A stretch of DNA of 64,000 nucleotides from Gammaproteobacteria bacterium (lineage in GTDB: Bacteria > Pseudomonadota > Gammaproteobacteria > Eutrophobiales > Eutrophobiaceae), in the NCBI GenBank assembly GCA_965116495.1, contig OZ220696.1, positions 3,264,001 through 3,328,000 on the forward strand. The letters run 5' to 3'. A program made the translations under genes and the position numbers. Numbering within the stretch: the stretch's first letter is position 1; every line of letters starts with the position of its first letter. The notes under the pieces are model-generated. The model did no database searches. It saw only the letters and a list, made by a program, of their open reading frames with translations, and was not told where the DNA came from. This document shows positions 47,612 through 56,784 of the stretch, in pieces.

Positions 47612-48625
47612 ATGCTGTTTACTCGTCGTGCATTCATAGGCGCCGCGTCGGCTACCTCCGCGTTGCTGGCCGGCGCCTCAACCGCAAAACCGGCTTCTTC
47701 GTCACAGGATCCCCCCGCCGACAGTGATTATCTTCACGTATCGATTGACGCCATGAATTACGCGCTCAAATATATCCTGCTTACACTGTTGCTGACTCCG
47801 TACACTCCGCCCGCGGCAAGCCAGGAGTGTACGCCGGATGATTTTCCCGAACATTATATGCAGGTCTACGATAACCGGGGACTGCTTGACCGGTGCTACC
47901 AGCAACTCATCGATACCCTGGATGATGCCCGGGCCGTCCAGGCAGACCTGGTCGGCCTGATGGCCGGCAGATATCAACATGCCGGTTACAAAGTGGGACT
48001 CACGGACAGTAAAGCACAGGAAATGTTTGGCATACCCCAACCGCTGGTCGGCGTCCTGTTCAAGGAAATGCTGCTACCGGACGGGGCTGTTATCGCGCTG
48101 GATTCCGCCACGTCGCTGCTGGTGGAACTGGACCTGCTGGCGCGGGTAAACTCGGCTGAGATTAACCAGGCCGTATCAATTGAAGACGTAGCCCGGCATA
48201 TTGATGCGATCATCCCGTTCATTGAATTGCCCGACGCGTTATTCAGGCTTGATGGCGGCAACGCGGCAGCGCTGTTACTGGCCGGCAACGTAGGATCCAG
48301 GTGGGGCGTCACCGGTATCCCCGTAACAGTAATTAACGCGCAGGACCTGGTCGAATATCTCCCCGCTATGACATTTCACCTGGAGACGGAAACGGGAGCT
48401 ATATTACGCCAGGGGCAGGGAAACCAGATTTTGGGACATCCATTAAATTCAATCCTGTTTTTATTGGAGGAACTGGTCCTGAGAAATGAAACACTGAAGC
48501 CCGGGCAGGTAATCAGCCTGGGCGCTATCGGCGGACCGGTGAAGGCAGAGCAGGGCAGGCGTTATACGGCGAAATATTCCGGTTATGGTGAGAAGGGATT
48601 CAGCGTATCCGTCACAATCCGATAG
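47612..48625 (+). CDS. 2-keto-4-pentenoate hydratase (FAH/MhpD)-like protein with export signal(s)
   Basis: GYKVGLT, PLVGVLF, VELDL, PFIELPD, LGHPLN, LKPGQVISLG. Alternative start at 47753. Confidence 0.8.
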   Translation: MLFTRRAFIGAASATSALLAGASTAKPASSSQDPPADSDYLHVSIDAMNYALKYILLTLLLTPYTPPAASQECTPDDFPEHYMQVYDNRGLLDRCYQQLIDTLDDARAVQADLVGLMAGRYQHAGYKVGLTDSKAQEMFGIPQPLVGVLFKEMLLPDGAVIALDSATSLLVELDLLARVNSAEINQAVSIEDVARHIDAIIPFIELPDALFRLDGGNAAALLLAGNVGSRWGVTGIPVTVINAQDLVEYLPAMTFHLETETGAILRQGQGNQILGHPLNSILFLLEELVLRNETLKPGQVISLGAIGGPVKAEQGRRYTAKYSGYGEKGFSVSVTIR

Positions 48626-48635
48626 CCGTAGCGCG

Positions 48636-49220
48636 TCAAATTATCCGTAACAGTTCTTCCGACGTCATCACCCGGGCGGTCCAGTCATCCAGGATCTCGA
48701 AGTAGATTTCCGAATGGTGTTCCCAGGGCGCCGCGCCGGTGCAGTCCTTGATGACCACTGTCGGAATGTCCCGGGCAAAGGCATCTCTTGCGGTGCTGCT
48801 GACGGCATTATTCACACTCAAACCACATAACAGCAAAACATCGATTTCCAGGGATTTCAGTATGTCAGGGAGACCGTCTCCCCAGAATGCGCTGGGACGG
48901 TTACGCCTGATAAAAATATCCGAGTCCCGTGTGTGCAGGCGGCTGTCCCATTCCATCCACCTGGAACCCGTGCAAAAATACCCCTGTTTCACGAGAGGAT
49001 TATCCTTCAGCAGTCCTGCATCCGAAAGGTCATCGGCCAGGACATAACTGGAATAAACAATGGGCAGGCGCTTGTCTCTCAGGGTTGTTACCAGGCCGTT
49101 TACGTTCTCGATTAATGAAGCCGCTGCAACATTTTTCAGGGGACCATCGGCGCTGGTAAAGAGTTCCTGCAGGTCCAGGACCAGCGCCAGTAGCCGCGAA
49201 TTTTCCAGGCTGAACTGCAT
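48636..49220 (-). CDS. Isochorismatase/cysteine hydrolase-family protein lacking the catalytic Cys
   Basis: LLVLDLQ, RPSAF, GLSVNNAVSSTARDAF.RD, DCTGA. Confidence 0.82.
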   Translation of the reverse strand: MQFSLENSRLLALVLDLQELFTSADGPLKNVAAASLIENVNGLVTTLRDKRLPIVYSSYVLADDLSDAGLLKDNPLVKQGYFCTGSRWMEWDSRLHTRDSDIFIRRNRPSAFWGDGLPDILKSLEIDVLLLCGLSVNNAVSSTARDAFARDIPTVVIKDCTGAAPWEHHSEIYFEILDDWTARVMTSEELLRII

Positions 49221-49250
49221 GAATGAGGGTAAACCCCGGCAGCAGAAAGG

Positions 49251-50243
49251 TTATTTTATCGCAAACGGCCGGGCAGGCGAGCCGGTTGCACCCTTGAACG
49301 GTATGGCGCCGAAAACAAAGGCGAATTCGTACACCTGGTCCTGTAACAAGGCGCTGAAATCTATGTTTTCCATGATATAGATACCGTTTTCCACCAGGAA
49401 TTTCTGGTGGTTCGGGGCAAATTGTGTCGGGTCTGGTCCGGGTATGGCCTCGACCGCCCAATTATCCGTGCCGACCAGGATGACTTTTTTATCAACCACC
49501 CAGTCACCCGCCTTGTCCGTCAGGCCCGGTACGCAACTGTTGAATTTTTTATTGTCGGTCTTCCACAGGGTACCCCAGCCGGTGTAATAGAATAACGCGT
49601 CACCGGGCTGGATGGCGCTTTCATCCATTCTCTGTCTGTTCAGCGCTGCATGCAGGTCGCCAAGCGTGACTTCTTCCGTGCATTCCAGCATGCGCTGTTT
49701 TAACCCGGCGATGTCAATCAATATGCCGCGGGTAAAGATCGGTACGACATGTTCCACGCCCAGTTTACGGAACCCGCGCCCGGTGCCTATTTCTGCATGG
49801 CTGTGACCATTGTAGTAGCGTACCTCGTTCAGGTCTCCCGGTTTGCCGGTGACCGTCGCCATGTGGCTGAGCGAGTCGAATTGTGTCCCGTCCTGGGTGA
49901 TATGTCCGGCGATATAGTCCTCATTCCAGGCCAGCCTGTTGTCTCCCATGGGTCCCCAGGAAGTGGCGCCCGGGACGGTCAGGGAGTATTTGCGGTGTTG
50001 CGGAGTCAGGTCGAACAGGGGCATGTCTTCCTCAAACACACGGCCCATGTCATAAATCTTTCCCTCGGTAATCAGGCCCGCAGCGGCCAGTACCTTGGCC
50101 GGCGTCAACCGGTTCAACGCGCCCAGCTGGTCGTCCGCTCCCCACTCAGAGGGCCACCATTTATGCTTTATGTCGTCAGCGGAATAGGATACATTTGCCA
50201 AAAGGCAACAACAGGCGATTGTCAGGATGATGTTTCTAATCAT
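49251..50243 (-). CDS. Cyclase-family (kynurenine formamidase-like) hydrolase with signal peptide
   Basis: WGADDQLGALN, QDGTQFDSLSH, TRGILIDI, VGTDNWAVE, GATGSP. Confidence 0.88.
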   Translation of the reverse strand: MIRNIILTIACCCLLANVSYSADDIKHKWWPSEWGADDQLGALNRLTPAKVLAAAGLITEGKIYDMGRVFEEDMPLFDLTPQHRKYSLTVPGATSWGPMGDNRLAWNEDYIAGHITQDGTQFDSLSHMATVTGKPGDLNEVRYYNGHSHAEIGTGRGFRKLGVEHVVPIFTRGILIDIAGLKQRMLECTEEVTLGDLHAALNRQRMDESAIQPGDALFYYTGWGTLWKTDNKKFNSCVPGLTDKAGDWVVDKKVILVGTDNWAVEAIPGPDPTQFAPNHQKFLVENGIYIMENIDFSALLQDQVYEFAFVFGAIPFKGATGSPARPFAIK

Positions 50244-50288
50244 AATTGTTTACTAACAGAGATGAGTTCAGATATACAGTATAATCAG

Positions 50289-50328
50289 GAATTCCTAATT
50301 CGTAATTCCTAATTCGTAATTCCTAATT
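50289..50328. repeat. Heptamer tandem array
   Basis: AATTCCT/AATTCGT alternating, five units. Same family as the arrays at 36793-36905. Confidence 0.85.
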
Positions 50329-50338
50329 GGTTTTCATA

Positions 50339-51097
50339 GTGGTTAAACGGTTTCAGGACAAAACGGTATTGATACTGGGGGCTACCAGCGGGGTCGGCCG
50401 GACTACGGCCCTGCTGTTCGCCGGAGAAGGCGCCAACGTGGTGATCGGGGGCCGCAACGCGGACGGCGGCAACGAGGTGGTGCGTTCCATCGAAGCGATG
50501 GATGGCAACGGTCTGTACGTGCAGACGGATGTCACCGACCTGGGCGCGATGCAGAATGCAGTGGACAGGACAGTCGGCACGTTCGGGGGGTTGAACGTAG
50601 CGTTCAATAATGCCGGGCTGGCCGGTACGGGAAACAAGACGGCCGATGAGAGCGAGGCAGACTGGCTGGATATGGTCAATACCAAGTTGAACGGCGTATG
50701 GCGCGGGATGAAATGCCAGATACCGGCCATACTCGAGTCCGGTGGCGGATCGATTGTCAACATGGCGGGTAACTGGGGCCTGATAGGGTTTCCCACCTAC
50801 GCCGCGTACTGTGCCGCGGCCCACGGGGTCATGGGTCTGACCAGGGCGTCAGCCATGGAATACGTGGGCGCCGGGATCAGGATCAACGCGGTTTGCCCAG
50901 GCGCGGTGGATGCGCCGATCCTGGACCGCATGACCGGCGGCACCGAGGAGGTCAAGAACAGTTTTGCCCAATCACTCCCCGTTGGCCGGCTTTGCAGCCA
51001 GGGAGACATCGCCGATGCCGTGTTATGGCTGGCTTCCGATGCTGCATCCTATGTCAACGGAACCGGCCTGGTGCTGGACGGAGGAGGGAGTCCTTAA
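50339..51097 (+). CDS. Short-chain dehydrogenase/reductase, atypical active site
   Basis: LGATSGVG, NNAG, IRINAVCPG, LVLDGG. YCAAA replaces YxxxK. Confidence 0.9.
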   Translation: MVKRFQDKTVLILGATSGVGRTTALLFAGEGANVVIGGRNADGGNEVVRSIEAMDGNGLYVQTDVTDLGAMQNAVDRTVGTFGGLNVAFNNAGLAGTGNKTADESEADWLDMVNTKLNGVWRGMKCQIPAILESGGGSIVNMAGNWGLIGFPTYAAYCAAAHGVMGLTRASAMEYVGAGIRINAVCPGAVDAPILDRMTGGTEEVKNSFAQSLPVGRLCSQGDIADAVLWLASDAASYVNGTGLVLDGGGSP

Positions 51098-51136
51098 CCT
51101 CTACTGCTGGATTTCCGATTTCCCTCTATTTTTCCC

Positions 51137-51170
51137 TTGACAAAGTTATCATTTATGATAACCTGCTCAT
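51137..51170 (+). promoter_or_regulatory. Toxin-antitoxin promoter with palindromic operator, leaderless
   Basis: TTGACA (51137-51142), 16-bp spacer, TAACCT (51159-51164). Operator GTTATCAT-TT-ATGATAAC (51145-51162). ATG at 51171. Confidence 0.7.
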
Positions 51171-51495
51171 ATGTCATGGAAGATCACGTTTTTCAACCCC
51201 AAGGTCAAAGAGGAGACTTTGAAATTCCCTGACGGGATATTGAGTATTGGCCAATCTTCTCCATATTCTTGATATCATCGAAGAATTTGGTCCTGATGTA
51301 GGAAAACCATATACGGCTTCAATGGGTCATGGTCTTTTCGAAATAAGGGCAAGAGGCAGGGAAGGTATAGGACGCTCCCTGTTTTGTACTGTTAAGGGTA
51401 AAGAAGTAATTATTCTGAAATCCTTTATAAAGAAAACGCAAAAGACTCCTCAGAAAGAGATCGAGATAGCCCGTAAACGCATGAAAGAAATTTAA
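51171..51495 (+). pseudogene. RelE/HigB (Gp49-like) toxin, frameshifted
   Basis: MSWKITFFNPKVKEETLKFPDGIL continues as ANLLHIL...GLFEIRARG...FIKKTQKTP only in another frame. Extra AGTATTG at 51243-51249. Confidence 0.85.
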
Positions 51496-51496
51496 A

Positions 51497-51802
51497 ATGG
51501 CAAGACCAACGTACAAATCATTCAAGACTGAAGCATTTAAGAAAAAAGGAGTAAAAGAGACGTATGCTGAGCTTGCCCCAGCTTATGAAGTCCGCAAAAA
51601 AATCATTGCCTTGCGTAAAAAAGCGGGCTACACGCAGGAACAAATAGCAGAGAAGCTACATACAAGCAAAAGCAATATTTCTCGTTTGGAAAGCGTTAAT
51701 TCCAACATCTCCCCAAAACTATCAACCCTTACGGATTATGCTGAAGCAATGGGTTACAAGCTGAAAATAGATTTTGTTCCAGCAAGGCGTTCCGGAAGAT
51801 AA
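51497..51802 (+). CDS. HigA-like XRE HTH antitoxin
   Basis: LRKKAGYTQEQIAEKLHTSKSNISRLE...PKLSTL..YAEA.G, directly downstream of the toxin. Confidence 0.9.
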   Translation: MARPTYKSFKTEAFKKKGVKETYAELAPAYEVRKKIIALRKKAGYTQEQIAEKLHTSKSNISRLESVNSNISPKLSTLTDYAEAMGYKLKIDFVPARRSGR

Positions 51803-51814
51803 AAACCTGTCCCT

Positions 51815-52354
51815 CTAGAGGTTCTGTTTCAGATCATCTACCGGCTTCAGCCAGTCCTCGTCCATGCTCACCCGCGTCTTTCCCCAGCCTTCCTCGTAGT
51901 TGCAGAGGATCTGCTGGGTCAGCGCGGTATGGGTTAACTTCCACTCACCGTTGAGCCTGATCATCTCGTCGTCATAGTAACCGGCGACCCAGACCGGGTC
52001 GTATTCCTTTGTCCTGGAGTTATGTACCGTGGCGGCTTCAAACAGGTACCAGCGCGCCGTGGCCGTGCAGCAGTCATCCGCGACCTCTATCCTGATGGGA
52101 ATCAGGCAGTGGAACATCCAGGTGAACGGGTTGACTTCCAGGAATGTGCGAATCTCGTCGCGCCCCTTTAACACCGTATCCCAGTTGGTGAATTCCATGA
52201 CCCCATCCTCAGTGTACAGGTCGACGAACATGTCGATATCCATCTGCGGGTCGGCAGCTACCGCGGACTGCTGTTTAAGGTGTCTTATCTCCTCCATGGC
52301 TTCCAGTCTTTCAAGGCGCTTCAACAGATCATCGATCTTGTGAGATTCAGTCAT
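51815..52354 (-). CDS. NTF2-fold/SnoaL-like protein (LinA/BaiE-like)
   Basis: RLERLEAMEEIRHLK...D, LYTEDG, WMFH, GYYDDE...GEWKL. Confidence 0.82.
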   Translation of the reverse strand: MTESHKIDDLLKRLERLEAMEEIRHLKQQSAVAADPQMDIDMFVDLYTEDGVMEFTNWDTVLKGRDEIRTFLEVNPFTWMFHCLIPIRIEVADDCCTATARWYLFEAATVHNSRTKEYDPVWVAGYYDDEMIRLNGEWKLTHTALTQQILCNYEEGWGKTRVSMDEDWLKPVDDLKQNL

Positions 52355-52420
52355 GGCATTATCCTTCCTGTTCTCTACAACACATCAAGTTCATGGAAAC
52401 TATAGTATAGTCATACAGGT

Positions 52421-53506
52421 CTAACGTACCTTATCCCTCATCCTCGGCATTAAATGATCGGCAAAAAGCTGTTGCGTACGCAGCGCCTGTTCCCGTTCCA
52501 GGCCGCCGTAATGACTGATGATTATTGCCTCGTCAAACCGGAAATCCTCGTACAATTCTTCCATCTTGTCTCCGACTGACTCCGGTGTCCCTACCAAAAC
52601 AATGTCATTTTCGATCAATTCTTCGTATTCCATTCTGCCGATGCTGGGCATGTAGTCCATGGTGTAGAACTTGTAGCCGGCGCTGATCAAACGTTCCCGT
52701 TCTGCATCATTTGTCGGCATGATCGTCAACTGGGGTGCGACGTTATAACGGACAAAGTTCACTGCAGCCTCCCTGGCTTCGTTGTGTGCGGTAGCTTCGT
52801 CCTCGTGCAGGTAGATCGCCTTGATGAAGCCGACGCTGGGCGTGGTGCCAGCGGCTGTACAGGCGTCCCGGTACACGTTGACGGCATCCTTGAACGCGAT
52901 GCTGGGCGCCGGACCGCCGACGACGATGCCCCATTCCTTTTGCGCAGCCATAGTAAACCACTTGGCGCTGGTGCCCACCTGGTAGATTTTGGGATAAGGT
53001 TTCTGCACGGGTTTCGGCACAACACTGACGTCCTTGACATTGAAATACTTGCCATTGTAGGAAAAGCGCTCTTCGGTCCAGGCCTTTTGCAGGATTTCCA
53101 GGCTTTCCATGTAGCGCCCCATACTTTCTTCCATGGGTATGTCAGCCGGACCGCACAACCAGGGATGGCCGCGTCCCACGCCGCACTCGATGCGCCCCCC
53201 GGTCAATATATCGACCATGGCAATCTCCCCGGCCAGGACCATGGGATTGTGCAATGGCAGGGTGTGACACAGGGCGCGAAAACGCAGGTTTTCGGTGCGC
53301 CCGGCCAGGTGGGTGAATACGGCCAGGGGGTTTGGATTTATCGCAAACTGTTCGTAAAAAGGGTGTTCCAGCGTGGTAAACACATGGAAACCGTTTTGGT
53401 CCGCGTGTATACCGAGCGCCAGCACATCTTCGATCAATTCAGCATGATCACGTCCGGGCGGGCATTGAAATTCGACATACGTGCCGAAGCGCAGGGGTGC
53501 AGTCAT
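52421..53506 (-). CDS. Luciferase-like (LLM class) flavin-dependent monooxygenase
   Basis: LEHPF, LPLHNPMVLAGEIAMVDILTGGRIECGVGRG, VPKPVQKPYP, VGTPE. Confidence 0.9.
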   Translation of the reverse strand: MTAPLRFGTYVEFQCPPGRDHAELIEDVLALGIHADQNGFHVFTTLEHPFYEQFAINPNPLAVFTHLAGRTENLRFRALCHTLPLHNPMVLAGEIAMVDILTGGRIECGVGRGHPWLCGPADIPMEESMGRYMESLEILQKAWTEERFSYNGKYFNVKDVSVVPKPVQKPYPKIYQVGTSAKWFTMAAQKEWGIVVGGPAPSIAFKDAVNVYRDACTAAGTTPSVGFIKAIYLHEDEATAHNEAREAAVNFVRYNVAPQLTIMPTNDAERERLISAGYKFYTMDYMPSIGRMEYEELIENDIVLVGTPESVGDKMEELYEDFRFDEAIIISHYGGLEREQALRTQQLFADHLMPRMRDKVR

Positions 53507-53601
53507 CAGTTTTTCCTTGTTTTGGTTTTTAGTAGTTGGTTCCAAGCCGACTTCCAATCCATTATACTATACTGACGAGAACCTGCGTGGAGGAGGAGGA
53601 G

Positions 53602-54813
53602 ATGAGTGCAGCCGTAGTTGGAGAGCGCCGCTGGGCCAGGACTTATCCCTGGCTGGGTGAAGACCCCGTTCCGACCGAACCCTGTATTTCGGAGAACATC
53701 TATCACCAGGAGGTGGAGAAGGTGTTCAAAAAGGTCTGGCTGCACGTGGGCCGGGACAATGAATTACCCGAACCCGGTTGCTACAAGCTCAAGCGGCTGG
53801 ATTTTGCCAGTACCACGGTGTTGCTGATTCGGGGCAAAGACGGTGTAATAAGGGCATTCCATAACACCTGCTCCCACAGAGGGAACACGGTCGTGGTGCC
53901 GGAAGGCGAATGGGACAACTTCGGTCAGAAGGCGGCCTTCTCCTGCCGCTTCCATGCCTGGACCTACAACGATAAGGGCGAGCTTATCGGCGCCCAGGAA
54001 GAAACCGGCATGCCGCCCTGTTTTCGCAAATCGGAAAACGGTCTGACGCCGATCAACTGCGATACCTGGGAAGGGTTCATCTTTATCAATCTGGATGAGA
54101 AGCCATCAGTTGGACTGCACGAGTACCTGGGGGAGATGGGCATACATTTTTCCGGTTTTCCCTACAGTGAAATCACCCACAATTTTGCCTATTACACGTA
54201 CCTGAACTGCAACTGGAAGGTGGGACTGGATGCCTTTGCCGAAGCCTATCACGTGAACACCATCCATGCGGGCTCGTTCCCGGGCACATTTTCGACCGGA
54301 TTGCAGATGATCAAGCTGTTGGGTGATCACCGCACCACCGCAGTCTGCTTCAACCCGCCCAAGGATGCACCGCCTGTGGCATCGCTGGCCCAGGCCAAAG
54401 CCAGGGGCTCACTGGTGAACAACGTCAGGGAAACGATACTGCCGCCTACCCTGAATGATGAGAAGCGCGACGATTATGCATTCGAGCTGAGCGTGTTCTT
54501 TCCGAACTGGCTGTTGCACGTATCTGAAGGTATCTGGTTCACCCACCAGTTCTGGCCCATCGGCTATGACCAGTGCCTGTGGGAAGGCAAGTATAACGTC
54601 ATGGAACCGACTACCAACAGTGAGAAATGGGCGCTGGAACACGCCATGGTGGTGCAGCGCAACGCCTGGCTGGAAGATACGGCAACCATGGAGGGGACTT
54701 TCTTTGCGCTGAATTCCGGCAGCAAGAAGCACATGAACCTGCATGATGAGGAAATCCTGGTCAGGCACGGTTATCACGTTCTGGAGAAATACCTGAACCA
54801 GGGAAACCCTTGA
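53602..54813 (+). CDS. Rieske non-heme iron oxygenase alpha subunit (copy 1)
   Basis: Rieske CSH...CRFH, NWK, EAYHVNTIH, LEDTATME. Confidence 0.93.
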   Translation: MSAAVVGERRWARTYPWLGEDPVPTEPCISENIYHQEVEKVFKKVWLHVGRDNELPEPGCYKLKRLDFASTTVLLIRGKDGVIRAFHNTCSHRGNTVVVPEGEWDNFGQKAAFSCRFHAWTYNDKGELIGAQEETGMPPCFRKSENGLTPINCDTWEGFIFINLDEKPSVGLHEYLGEMGIHFSGFPYSEITHNFAYYTYLNCNWKVGLDAFAEAYHVNTIHAGSFPGTFSTGLQMIKLLGDHRTTAVCFNPPKDAPPVASLAQAKARGSLVNNVRETILPPTLNDEKRDDYAFELSVFFPNWLLHVSEGIWFTHQFWPIGYDQCLWEGKYNVMEPTTNSEKWALEHAMVVQRNAWLEDTATMEGTFFALNSGSKKHMNLHDEEILVRHGYHVLEKYLNQGNP

Positions 54814-55151
54814 TGAAACTGCTGCCGCAAGGGTTTGAAGAGCTGGAAACCTGGGCAGGCGCATGGGCCTTGCCCACCCAGAACATCCGCTGGGATAAAC
54901 GGCTGGCGTCGACCAGGGAGGAGTTGAAAGCATTCTACAACGCCGTCGTACCCTACCTGGAACGCATCCTTGATCACGTGGACAAGTATCCTTTGGGGGG
55001 GTTACCGGAACAGTCTGCAAGACTGTTTGACCTGGCGCTCATGCACGCCGAAATCGCGCCCAACGTGGAACTGTATGACGGCGACCCGAATGTACCCCAC
55101 AGTTTCGAGGAAAAACGCTTTATTGCCGTGCACGGCAATGACAGGCATTGA
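54813..55151 (+). CDS. Small helical protein coupled to the Rieske alpha gene (copy 1)
   Basis: LPQGFEELE..AGAWALPT...FY. TGATG stop/start overlap. Paralog of 58017-58367. Confidence 0.8.
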   Translation: MKLLPQGFEELETWAGAWALPTQNIRWDKRLASTREELKAFYNAVVPYLERILDHVDKYPLGGLPEQSARLFDLALMHAEIAPNVELYDGDPNVPHSFEEKRFIAVHGNDRH

Positions 55152-55152
55152 C

Positions 55153-55629
55153 ATGACTACAGATATTGAAAAACAGGTCGCCTGGTTGACGGCGAACGAA
55201 CACATCAGGAGCGTCATAGCGAGATACGCAAAAGCGGGGGATGATCAAAACAATCCCGAACAGATGCGCCAGGTGCTGGCGGAAGACGCCATCTGGGAAG
55301 CGAAGGGGTTCGGGAAGTTTACCGGCAGGGACGTCATTGCCGAGGAATTATCGAAGATCGGCCAGGAGATGATCGTCTGGTCGTTGCACTATCCGGTTTC
55401 CCCCATAATCGATATCGCAGACGATCTCAACACGGCCCACGCCTTCTGGTGGTTGTGGGAACTGACGACCATGCGCGACGAGGAAGGCGACGAGGAAAGC
55501 AACTGGCTGGCGGCTACCTACGAATGTGATTTCATCCGGGCCGCTGACGGCTGGAAGATAAAACACCTGATACTGGAGGTAAAAAAAGTCGTTCCATACC
55601 AGGATGTACCCAGTGAAATAGCACCCTGA
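55153..55629 (+). CDS. NTF2-fold/SnoaL-like protein
   Basis: IRSVIARYAKAGD, AEDAIWE, WSLHY, YECDF...GWKIK. Confidence 0.82.
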   Translation: MTTDIEKQVAWLTANEHIRSVIARYAKAGDDQNNPEQMRQVLAEDAIWEAKGFGKFTGRDVIAEELSKIGQEMIVWSLHYPVSPIIDIADDLNTAHAFWWLWELTTMRDEEGDEESNWLAATYECDFIRAADGWKIKHLILEVKKVVPYQDVPSEIAP

Positions 55630-55651
55630 TCCTTTTGAAGGAGGTTCTCCC

Positions 55652-56779
55652 ATGGCTGTTAAAGCAGACGAATACATCCGCATTGATCGAACCCGGCAAC
55701 TGGGCGAGGAACCCGAGACGGGACACAACCGCTGGCACCCGGATATCAAACCGGTAGCCGAGGTCGACCCGGGCCAGGTCATCGGCATGGAAACGCGGGA
55801 TGCCCTTGACGGGCAATACAATCATGCAACCACGGCTGCACAGGTAGCCGACTCCAACCTGAACCTGGTGCATCCTCTGACCGGTCCCGTTTATGTTAAC
55901 GGCGCCGAACTCGGTGACATCCTGGAAGTCAAGGTCCTTGAAGTGGCGCCGGAACCGTTCGGCTTTACCGTGCAGGTGCCGGGTTTCGGCTTCCTGCGCG
56001 ACCTGTTCACGGAACCTTATATCATCCACTGGGATATCGCCAATGGTTTCGCCACTTCGGCGGATTTGCCCGGCGTGAAAATCCCGGGCGCGCCTTTCAT
56101 GGGTGTCATGGGCACGGCGCCGTCCCATGAACTGCTGGAAGAGATCAACAGGCGGGAAGCCGACTTACAGGCCCGCGGGGGCATGGTCCTGCTACCCGAC
56201 ACGGCCGATGCCGTTCCCCGGGAACCGGGCATTGCTGCCAAGGCCGTACGCACCATTGCCCCCCATGAAACCGGCGGTAACGTGGATATCAAACAGTTGA
56301 CAGCCGGCACCACGGTACGCTTCCCCGTGTATACGCCGGGAGCCCTGTTCTCGGTGGGTGATTCCCATTTCGCCCAGGGGGACAATGAAAGTTGCGGCAC
56401 CGCGGTGGAGATGAGCGCGACGTTTTACGGCTCTTTCAAGCTGCTGAAAGGGGAAGCGGCGAAACGCAATATAACGGACTTGCAGTTCTACCGGGATGAT
56501 TACTTCACAGAGCCGGAGATGGCGGTTCCGCAACGCTTCTTTGCGACCACCGGCCAGTCCTTCAGCAAAGACGGACGGGCGGAATCGGAGGAGACCACCC
56601 TGGCGGCGCGCAATGCCTTGCTTAACATGATCGAATACCTGGTCAGCGAACGGGGTTACAGCGAGCAGCAGGCGTACGCGATATGCAGCGTTGCGGTGGA
56701 CCTGAGGATATCGGAAATGGTGGACGTGCCAAATTTTGTTGTCTCAGCCTTCCTGCCCCTGGATATCTTTACGGAATAA
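55652..56779 (+). CDS. Acetamidase/formamidase-family protein
   Basis: HNRWHPDI, HPLTGPVYV.GA, GGNVDIK, SVGDSHFAQGDNE, CSVAVDLRI...VDVPN. Confidence 0.92.
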   Translation: MAVKADEYIRIDRTRQLGEEPETGHNRWHPDIKPVAEVDPGQVIGMETRDALDGQYNHATTAAQVADSNLNLVHPLTGPVYVNGAELGDILEVKVLEVAPEPFGFTVQVPGFGFLRDLFTEPYIIHWDIANGFATSADLPGVKIPGAPFMGVMGTAPSHELLEEINRREADLQARGGMVLLPDTADAVPREPGIAAKAVRTIAPHETGGNVDIKQLTAGTTVRFPVYTPGALFSVGDSHFAQGDNESCGTAVEMSATFYGSFKLLKGEAAKRNITDLQFYRDDYFTEPEMAVPQRFFATTGQSFSKDGRAESEETTLAARNALLNMIEYLVSERGYSEQQAYAICSVAVDLRISEMVDVPNFVVSAFLPLDIFTE

Positions 56780-56784
56780 ACAGC

